Assembly: GCA_964016885.1 (NCBI GenBank)
Contig: OZ024741.1
Coordinates: 147,560,001-147,624,000, forward strand
From: Eledone cirrhosa
Lineage: Eukaryota
Length of the DNA: 64,000 nucleotides
Reading direction: 5' to 3'
Shown here: positions 26,638 through 36,994 of the stretch, piece after piece
Layout of the letters: the number at the start of each line of letters is the position of its first letter
Numbering within the stretch: position 1 is the stretch's first letter
Position numbers and translations under genes: made by a program
Notes under the pieces: model-generated
The model's input: the letters and a program-made list of their open reading frames with translations, nothing else
Told to the model about the DNA's origin: nothing
Database searches by the model: none

Positions 26638-26675
<38 letters not shown>

Positions 26676-26773
26676 TACAAAGATCGGAATTAAGAGTATT
26701 CCGCTGTTCACTGTAATAATAATAATAGTATTAGCTCAAAGAAGAATAGAGAATTTCCTTCTGAGCTCAAATG

Positions 26774-27378
26774 CAAGTATATATTACACAAAGAGAAGTG
26801 TGTTACACAGTGAGATGTGTGTAAGGAATTATTACAAGTGAGTTTACCATTACTGTATAGGGAACAATATCTACAGGTTAGCAATTAAATAGAAAAAAAC
26901 TAATTCAGAATCAAATCTCTGGATTAGAGTTTTAAATTACAAACCTTATAACTATATTTTGCTGATACGAATCTCGCTTCGTTTCACCACCTATATGTGA
27001 AGTATCAGTTCACAGGATCACCAGTCAGCAAATGCGAGCACTGAACACCACACATCTAACCTCATGGATAGAGAGATTGCTAATAGACACGCTGCCCAGA
27101 GTAGGGCGAAATCACGTGTTATTTGCATCAAATAACAGCTCTCATGGATTGGGGAAGACGCTAGAAAGTGCAGCCCAACCATTCGAATTCATTAGCTCAA
27201 CAATTTGGAGCTCAATTTAAAACTCTAATCCAGAGATTTGATTCTGAATTAGTTTTTTTCTATTTAATTGCTAACCTGTAGATATTGTTCCCTATACAGT
27301 AACGGTAAACTCACTTGTAATAATTCTTTACACACATCTCACTGTGTAACACACTTCTCTTTGTGTAATATATACTTG
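26774..27378. mobile_element. (TA)n-flanked element with approx. 165-bp inverted arms and a 275-bp spacer
   Basis: 26774-26938 is the reverse complement of 27214-27378 with few mismatches; spacer has a variant hammerhead on the minus strand (26961-27013). Confidence 0.85.
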
Positions 27379-27433
<55 letters not shown>

Positions 27434-28262
27434 GAGATACCTCTGTGTATATATATATATATATAAGCATGTATATATATAAGTATGTATATATATATTT
27501 GGTAAGGCAAGAAAGCAAACATAAAACAGCAATGATAATTATATATACATATATTACATATGTATCTTAGTGAAATGTCATTAATCAAACCAAGAATATG
27601 TGATATCCAGTAGAATTGAGCCATAAACCACATTGTTGCAAAACGACTGTCTTCACCACACTTATCTAATTACTTTTTCATCTTATTAGTGCTTTCAACC
27701 TAAAATATTAGTAGAAGCAAAACACACTCACACACACACACGCACACGCACACACACACACACAGGCACACACACACACATACAGACACATGCACACACA
27801 CATAGACACCTACATGCACATATATGCACACTAACATACATGCACATACACATACTCAAACAAGTGTGTACACATACATGCACATGCACACACAGACAAG
27901 TGTTGCATCCTCACAAAAACTCATAATCACAGATATAAATATATTTCACAAAATTTTCTTCTTGTGTTCAGCAATTTTCCATTGACCCATCAAAAGGTTG
28001 TCATGGAGATCAATACAGCAAAGTGGCCATATTGAATGAAAGTCAATAATTAGTGGTGATTGTTAATCAAAATCAATGAGATAATTATTTCAATTGAAAC
28101 TCAAATTAACCTTTATAGATTCTTAATTGTCAAAGAAGTATGAAACGATACATATACACATATGCATAAGCATCTATACATATACCCACACATTTACACT
28201 CATACACATATAAACATGTAAATATATACACATATACACACATGTTGGCGGACTGGGTAAAA

Positions 28263-28748
28263 AAATATTGGTTGCCAGGAAATAACAAAGGGACCCACCC
28301 ATACTACAATATTGGTTGCTAGGAAATAACAAAGGGGCTCACCCACAACTACAATATTGGTTGCTAGGAAATAACAAAGGGGCTCACCCACAACTACAAT
28401 ATTGGTTGCTAGGAGATGACAAAAGGGTCCACATACAACTACAATATTGGTTACTAGGAGATGACAAAGGGTCCCATCTACAACTACAATATTGGTTGCT
28501 AGGAGATGACAAAGGAGCCCACCCACAATTACAATATTGGTTGCTAGGAGATAAAAAAGGGTCCCACTTGCAACTACAATATTGGTTGCCAGGAGATGAC
28601 TGAGGGGCCCATCTACAACTAGAATGTTGGTTGCTAGGAGATGACAAAGGGACCCACCCACAACTACAATATTGGTTGTTAGGAGATGACAAAGGGACCC
28701 ACCCACAACTACAATATTGGTTGCCAGGAGATGACAAATTACAATACA
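28263..28748. repeat. 45-bp minisatellite, about 10-11 units
   Basis: Unit CAACTACAATATTGGTTGCTAGGAGATGACAAAGGGACCCACCCA. Confidence 0.95.
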
Positions 28749-28828
28749 TTCGTTTAATTAATAAATGTTTTTTTTAAATACTCTTTATTTCTGTGTATGC
28801 AATTGACCGTAAAATTGTAAAGTAAAGA

Positions 28829-29010
28829 TCTATATAAATAAAAGTCGAATCGTATCCATCCGTCCGTCTGTCAGTTCACCGATGTAAGTCGGATGGTGAA
28901 AATTCTACGGCGAGAAAAAATTCAAACAGCGTTTCAACTTGTGTATGTGTGTGAATGTATGTATGTGTAAAAGGGAGGAAGGGGTATGGTGAAAACAGAC
29001 TTCCAAACTT
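28829..29010 (+). mobile_element. Non-autonomous Helitron-like 5' end (sister copy at 40316-40515)
   Basis: A|TCTATATAAATAAAAGTCGAATCGT followed by a (TCCG/TCTG) microsatellite; shares TTCTACGGCG..CGTTTCAACTT..GTAAAAGGGAGGAAGGG blocks with 40316. Confidence 0.6.
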
Positions 29011-30002
29011 TTCCACGCTCTGCGTGAGTGTATGTGTGTCTGTGTGAATGTATGTGTGTGTTTGTGTGAATGTATATGTGTGTATTTGTGTGGGTGTATG
29101 TCTGTATGTGTGTTTGTGTGTGTATTTGTGTGCATTTATCGGTGTTTGTGGGTTCATATTTATACACACACAGATCTACTAATATATAATTGCTTCTACT
29201 TTTGGCACAAGGTCAGCAATTTCTCCAGTGTATTACTGATGCTTTATTTTATCGACCCCGTAAGGATGAAAGGCAAAGCTAACCTCGGTAGATTTGAACT
29301 CAGAACGTAAAGGGCCATAACTGTGCTGCAAAACATGGTGTCTGACGCTCTACCGATACTGCCATGTAATGCCAAGAGATGACTGACGAAGGAAAGGGTG
29401 ATGACGTGTATATGAATGTGTATATGTATAGCGGATTGGTTACACACATTGGTTGTTATGATTATGCGAATGTTTGTGTGTGTGTATATGTGTGTTTGTG
29501 TAAAATATATGTATATATAATATTTGACTGAGTGTATATGTGTTTGTGTATGTTTATTTAGAAATATACATAGACAATTATAATTACAGACACACACGCA
29601 TTTACACATCTATCTTAACTATAATAAATCAATCTAGCTGTCGTCTGTTCTACAGCGTAGATGTAATTCACTTCGCGCAGAAGTTTTGTTCCAATTTATT
29701 GCGGAAATTTTGTAAGTTCAATTTTAATTTTGATACTATTGTGTAGCTTGACCCCCCGTCTGAACTGTCAGACGGTGGGTCAGCTCATCTTCGCCCCTCC
29801 CAGGGGTGAAAAACCTGTTTTTAAAAATTTTGTGGCATAAAATTTCAATCGTCTGACAGAAATGTTAAACGAAGCTAACGAAAATAGTGGTGGGGGACAG
29901 CGGTAAGAATTGTAAGCTCGCACGCTTTAGTCCCCCCCCCCCCTTCCTTCCCAACTAACGTCATAGAGAAGGAAAGAAAAAATAAAATAAAAACAGACGA
30001 AT

Positions 30003-31770
30003 GTGCGGAGAAAAATGACGAAAACACAAATCTGGACATTGATTCCAACAACAAAAAAAAATTTAAAAAATTGCATGACAATATTAATACCACAAACAAA
30101 GACAACAAACACAAAAATAACATTTGAAAACAACATCATAACAGAAAGCAAAGCAGACGACAAAGTCAACACCAATAATATTTCATTTGCACAAACAACA
30201 AAGAAATCTTTGACATATATACCTGAAAATATTTCAGATGTGGCACAAAGAATTAAAAACGCTAAAACAATACATAACTCAAGGGGAAAATGGTATTTTA
30301 TCGGTAAAAATGCCTCAAGAACTCACCAAAGACATTGAAAGTCGGACGGTCGTTTTCCGCACCATCAACAACATTTCTAAAAAACCTCAACAACCAACAC
30401 AAACAGAAATCAAAGCAGTACTTACAGAAGTACTTACTGAAACCACTTTCATAAGAAGAGACAGACTGTATGGAAGCCTAGCGATTATTATGAAGAACGA
30501 ATCGGCGGCAAAAAAATATGCTTTGTCGCCGATTCGTTCGACAAATTTTACCTTTTATCCATCTTATATGGGTAAAAGAACTCAGCGCATATGGCTGGAT
30601 GCGATGATGCCAGATGTGGACTACTGCTGGCTCATAGCTGGCTTCATCGATCCAGCGAATGACAACGTGATTTCCATTGGGAAAACCACAGGCAATGCGT
30701 TCAGTGGAACAGGTATAGAACTTGTAGTGTAAATGAAGCCTGAACGCATTGCCCAAATACCCGACAGAATCCTATTAGAGGGCCACGGGTATATAAACAT
30801 TAGGGTGGAGGGGAGAAGGCCGTCCTGTCATATCTGTGCAGGCAGAGGGCACCTGAAGGCGGCTTGTCCCCAACTCAACAAGAAGAAAACCCTGCTACCA
30901 ACACCAGCTCCACCACCACCACAACAGATAAACAAACAACAAAACTCAGTCCCACCCAACCCGTCCCTCAGTAAAACTACACCACCACCACAACACAAAC
31001 AGTCACAACACATTACCCCAAAACAAAACACAGTCCCACCCAACCCCTCACTCAATAAAACAACACAACCACCGCAGCCACAACACACAACACAGTCTAA
31101 CATAGTGACATCCATCTCCCCCACAAAGAAAACCAACACGGAAACATGACCAGCAAACATACCTCTTCCCTCCAACACTGAAGATAACCCAACGAATTCG
31201 GAGGAAAAAACGGAGTCCTTCAGACAGATTAAAAGGAAAAAAAGAAAACATGTGCAAAACACACAAGGCCAAACAACCCCTACCCAAATGTCAACACAAT
31301 CCGACAAAACACAAAACACCCCTCCAGCAACAAACAAAACCGAACCTGCCCCTCCCCTCTTCGAAACACTCACACCATCCGAAAAAAAGACATTACACTA
31401 TACTTACATCAACAGAAACAATAATAAATTAAATGAACTCATAAACAATAACCCTTCGGTACAAACCGAAGGTGTAAACTTTGTTTCTTCAGAAAACTAC
31501 CCACATTTAAAATTAATAAAGATCCCAATGAACCTCTACCAAAAACTAAAAAAGGATTTTAAGGAGGACGTAGGACCACCCTCTGTCAAACCCATAAACC
31601 GCGTCCTACTAAAAAGCTTTCCTCCTCCCCTTCCCCTCCCCAACATAACTCCAAACACCACAACCCCACCACACACTGACGACCCCACACCACCACAAGA
31701 CACCCCTTCACCCAACACCCCCGACCCCATGGAAGTCGTGCGACCTGAACCCAGGGAAGCAGAAAGGTAG
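30003..31770 (+). pseudogene. Tx1 ORF1 (RRM-like region, CCHC knuckle, Pro/Thr-rich tail), disrupted; start approximate
   Basis: RTVVFRTINN..FYPSYMG; VEGRRPSCHICAGRGHLKAACP (CX2CX4HX4C); in-frame stops at 30732 and 31149; ends AGG TAG. Confidence 0.85.
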
Positions 31771-31803
31771 GTCTCTACACTCTCCTTTGGCTTTGCCGCC
31801 CAC

Positions 31804-34800
31804 ATGGATGTGTTAAGAGTAGAATGTTTGAATGCACGTGGCCTGGGCTCAACTTGGAAGCAAGCAAAGCTTCTAAATGACCTCAGGTCACGTGTTATAA
31901 ATGTAATGGTTATCCGTGAGACTCGGATCAGCGTCGTGCGGCAGCTGGCCCCTACCTTCGATGACTTTGAGGTGCATGCATCTCTCTGTCAACCTGGAGG
32001 TGGGGTGGGGTTGTCGTACTGCTGGAAAAACACCTGGGTCTCGCCGTACAGGTTGTTCACTCGCACCCGGAGGGTCGTTTGTTGGTGCTAGACGTTGACA
32101 GTAGTGAAGGTGCGGCCTTGAGACTGGTCGCCGTCTACTCCCCTTTCGGAGCTGAACGACCCGACTTCTTCCAGCGTCTGGAGACTTTTCTGGGAACGTC
32201 GCGTTCCCTGCTGCTAGCGGGGGGTTGGAATGACATTCTAGATGCACGTTGGGACTATGCAGGAGCATGTCCTAATAGAGGGCGGTGTAACAGCCTCAAG
32301 GGGTTACTCGACCGTTTTAACTTGGTCTATAGATATCGACTAGATTTTCCAACTGTGCCAACCTGAACTTGGACGAACCACAGTGGTCAATCTAGATCGT
32401 ACTTAGATAGATTCTTAGTTAGAAGTAAGAATAGGGACATATTAAGCTGTCCAGAAATGCTCAGGGTTGGCTATACGGATCACAAATTAGTGACCTGCGT
32501 AGTCAATCTTGAGAAAACACATAAACAGGGTCCCGGTTACTGGAAACTTAATTTGTCTTTACCGGCAAAAGAAAGAGACTTACAGAAACCGGATTAGCAG
32601 ATTAGTTAAGGAGAGGTTAACGGGTGCAATCGTCAACAACCGATGGTGGGCATCTCTCAAAAGAGAGATTAGAACAGAATCAATAAGTTATAGCAAGATG
32701 TTAGCTGCCGATAGGAATAGAAACGAGAAAGAATTAACAGGTAAATTAGAAGAGGCAATCAAGAGCGAAGATGTGGCCAGAGTGCTGGCATCGAGGACGG
32801 CCTTGAGCCAGTTTTTCGATGCAAAGCACGAAGGCTGCGTCATTCGAAGTAAAATACGTGCTCTAGGTAATGAGGGGGCCAAAGCCGTTGGTTGGGCCCG
32901 CGTGACAGAAGCTAAAAGTGGAAATCGATCCACCATCCGGTCTTTGCAAGACGAGGATGGACGGGTGATCCGGGAGCCTAAGCAGATGTGCGAGGCCTTT
33001 CAAAGGCACTTTGCCCGATTATTCGGGGGAGGTGAGGGTCCGGGCGGGGACGTGGATTTCGATCCATACCTCGACGGCCTGCCGCGTCTCTCGAGCGAAG
33101 AGGCAGAGTCCTGCGAGGGACCAATCTCGGCTGATGAGATCGGGGATGCGCTGAGCCAATGCAGCAGACGCAAATCTCCAGGTCTCGATGGTATACCTTA
33201 CGAACTTTATTTAGCAATGCCGGTCTTCTTCTCCGAACTCCCCGAAGCGGTCTACTGCAATTGGCAGCAGAACGGGAGAATTCCTTCTTCTGTAGCCAAG
33301 GGCGTAGTCTCGCTGGTGAGGAAGGACGAGAACAAGGGGGATAGTATAAATAATTTTCGGCCCATAACCCTGCTAAACACAGAGTTAAAGATTTTGGCCA
33401 AGGTGTTAGCAAAGAGGTTGGCGCTTGTCGTAGGTGGCCTGGTGGGAGATGCGCAGACATGTGCTATCCCATCCAGGTCCATTCACGATAACCTCCACCT
33501 CATGCGATACATCATAGAGAGGGTTGGCAACAAACCCGGCTTCGGTGGGGCCCTGATCAACTTGGATCAGTCTAAGGCATTCGATAGGGTCGACCATGGT
33601 TACCTGGATGCGGTTCTAGCGGCGGCTGGGTTTGGTCCTGTTTTCAGAGGCTGGATCACTGCCTTACATAGCAACCACATCTGTTCTAGGATCAAGGTGA
33701 ACGGCTACCTTTCGAAGCCGTTCGAAATCACACGATCCATTCGACAGGGGTGCCCTCTCTCCTCCCTTCTGTACGTATTGACTCTCGAGCCTTTACTGAG
33801 GAAGTTGGAGTTGTTGCAGGGTATCCCCCTGGAACCAGGATTGAGCAAAGCGGTGTCGGCCTACGCCGATGACGTAACAGTAATGGTATCGACCGACTCG
33901 GAGATCGAGGCGATCGGTACCATACTGGAGGATTACGAAAGGTTGTCAGGAGCGAAACTGAACCGGGAAAAATCCATCGGGCTGCAACTCGGAACGTGGA
34001 GAGGCAGACCAATGCCTCCCGACGGTGTCGTCGGACACTGGACAGAGGGCCCGGTGAAGTTGCTTGGAGTCTGTTTTGGACCGGGCCTCCAGGTGGAAAA
34101 GAACTGGGACGAGGTTACGAACAAGGTGTTTGCACTAACCCAGAAATGGGCCAAGTGTATGCTGTCCCTAAAAGGTCGGGCGTAGGTGGCGAACATTTAC
34201 ATAGCGTCCGTTACTTACTACCGCCTGACTGTCGTGCCTTGCTCTAAGGAAACACTCACCACCATCGAACGCATGCTCTTCCAATTTCTTTGGAAGAAGC
34301 GCCCTCCTATGCTGAGAAGATCCATCTTCTGCCAACAACCTTCGAAAGGAGGGCTGGGGATGCCGTGGTTGATGATGCGTAGGCACGCATTAAGGCTACG
34401 GCGCCTACAGGTATTCCTCACTGGTCAACCGGTGTGGGCTCTGTTCGTGAAACGAGCCTTTCCGAGACTCGTCTCGCTCACCGAGCTGCAGTTCTGGGTC
34501 AAGCAAAGATCCGGAAAACTGGGAGACTGGCACCCTGAGTCTGCCCAGGCGCTCAGGGCTCTCTGGCAAGCGGGCCCGGCCATCGGTGGAGAATCCACCT
34601 CATCATTCTATAGAGGGCTGGTGGCTAGCAGGGGCGATGACACCCTTGGAGAGTCGCTGGACATGGAAAAGGACGAACTGGCCAGCCTGTTCGGTAGGAC
34701 TTTCGGCCCGGGACCAATGGATAACTTCCAGAAGTCACTAGCCTGGCAGTGCTACCGGGGGGGCTTTACCCGTTCGAGAGAGGCTCTACAGACACGGGCG

Positions 34801-35244
34801 CCCGGGCAGGGATCCCTCGAAAAAGATTTGCCCTAGATGCGTGCGTCACGAAGAAACCGTTGCGCACGCATTGGTGCAATGTCCGGGCGTGGCTGATCTG
34901 TGGGGCTACGCCGAACGACTGCTGTCGCGGGTGGCGCCGATTCGATTGACCGCCGAGTCCGTGGTGACAATCAAGCCGCCTCCCCTCTTCACAAAGGAAG
35001 CAAAGGCGGTTTTTCTGTGCGTAATAGCCATGTTGAAAGAGGTTGTTTGGTGGACACGATTGAAAGGTCTGAGGTCAGGCAACTTCCTCTCTGGCCATAG
35101 TCTGGTCTACTTCTTCCGATATCACTTCGGAAGAAGGATAAGAAGGGAGAGAGGATGCTTGGCCACAGGCAGTTTTATGAAAGGTGGGTGATAGTGGCGA
35201 GAATGGCTCGTGTAAATGGGCTTTCTCTGTATACCATCCTGTAG
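31804..35244 (+). pseudogene. Tx1 ORF2 (APE endonuclease - reverse transcriptase - C-terminal zinc-binding), disrupted
   Basis: CLNARGL, GGWND, SRSYLDRF, YTDH (APE); KSPGLDG, FRPITLLN, DQSKAFDRVDH, IRQGCPLS, YADD (RT); ETVAHALVQC; several frameshifts and stops. Confidence 0.95.
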
Positions 35245-36246
35245 GTAAAGAAGTGAAGGAGAGGGGAGCACCTTCTCCATGTGCTCCCCGGGCAAAGGAT
35301 TACACACTTTTTCGGGGGTGTGTGCAACCCCCATCACGTCCCCTCTCTTTTGAGGTTGTTTTCGATTATTTTCATTTTATACCCTTTTTACTCAGTTTTA
35401 TGTAAACTCCCCCTTTGTATTTGTCCCTTCTTTTTATGCCTTTATGGTAAATAAAGAAATATATCTTAACTATAATAAAGAAAGGAGTGCGGGATTGCGT
35501 CCAAAATATTTTTTTTTTACCCCGTTTGTAAAATAAGTTGGATTACTTTGAATAAATAATGAATGAATATTACATAATTTATGTGCTAAATTTCGTGGCT
35601 GTTGATTAAATATATTTTATAGCTTATTTAAAGATCTTTAAAATTCACTTCTTTAAAATTTTCAAATGTCAACACTTCCGGGTAGCGGCCGTTATATTAT
35701 AACACATAACAATATCGCATATATTTCCGCCGCTAATTTTCTCCTAATGCAGTTTATATATAATTGTTTCTACTTTTGGTACTTTATTTTATCGACTCCG
35801 CAAGGATGAAAGGCAAAGTCAACCTCGCGGGATTTGAACTCAGGGACGTAACTATGCTGGAAAGCATGGCGTCCGACCCTCTACCGATACTGCCAATCCC
35901 TTAATATATCAAATCAAAATTCCATTATTAAATCTTATTCTTATTTTGTTTCTTGTAAATAATTTTTTTTTTAAATATCAATTCAAAACTTTTGTGAATA
36001 GGCATCATATCTTATCATTTACCTAAGCAGTTTATATATAATATCGTCTTTTTTTAAATGTATCATGGATTACGTTACTGATTACAGAAGACAGTGTAAC
36101 ACAGTCTTCGTTCAATTTCTGTGTATATTGTCAATTACGATTTTATTTGATATATCATATCTACATGTATATATATTTGTGTATAATATCAATATACACA
36201 CTACACATGCTAGTAGAAAACCACCCGTGGGTGGTTTTTCTGCTAG

Positions 36247-36871
36247 TTATATATAAAGTTGTATTCATGTCTGTTTTTGTTTGTTTGTTTGTTCACGAAC
36301 TCCTCCTACGGTTTTGGAGATAGACCCCCATAACCATATATGCTCTGAAACTACATTGCCCAGGATACTTGGATAAGTATATTTCATTTCAATCAAAGTG
36401 TTCCCCCGCTAAAAATCTGTTCACTTCAATTCATGAAATTTAAACCATAAGTAAATGACAAGATATGATGCCTATTCACAAAATCTCAGCAAATTTCAAT
36501 AATATTAAGACACTCTATTAGGGTTCCCCGGGGCACAAACCCCTGCTGAAAATTTTTCGCTTCGATTTATATGAAATTTAAACCATAGGTAAATGACAAG
36601 ATATGATGCCTATTCACAAAGGTTTTGAATTGACATTTAAAAAAAAAATATTTACAAGAAACAAAATAAGAATAAGATTTAATAATGTAATTTTGATTTG
36701 ATATATTACAAAAAATAATGTTTTCCGATTTTTCATGCATTACATTTTACATTGAGTAATATTGAAATGCAAGGTTTTTCTTCATAAATTATATCACTGA
36801 TTTAAAATCAATCATCATTTTCTTACAAAAAAAATGTGTGAAATGCAGCAAGGCGCGGGTAATTCGGCTAG
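36247..36871 (+). mobile_element. Non-autonomous Helitron-like element
   Basis: 5' TATATAAAG..(GTTT)n; 3' GCAGCAAGGCGCGGGTAATTCGGCTAG|T; segment 36587-36706 occurs inverted at 35905-36025. Confidence 0.55.
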
Positions 36872-36994
36872 TATATATATAAACAAACACACTTAAAAAA
36901 TTAATTATAACATACACACACGAAAGGGGGCTGTGACAAAGTATACAAAACAGCGAATACCTGTGTTACTCATACATATAAATGTATACATATG

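Larger units (their letters stand above)
29629..35461 (+). mobile_element. Full-length Tx1-clade LINE copy E with 18-bp TSD
   Basis: TATCTTAACTATAATAAA at 29611-29628 and 35462-35479; ORF1, ORF2 and 3' UTR ending AAATAAAGAAATA all present. Confidence 0.93.

Noticed and set aside
28263-28748. CRISPR-like regular repeat
   Set aside because: No unique spacers, units are contiguous, no cas genes, eukaryotic context
28200-28749. ORFs with repeating LCHLLATNIVVVGGP or QYCSC motifs
   Set aside because: By-product of a 45-bp (multiple of 3) minisatellite; several frames are open and there is no gene context
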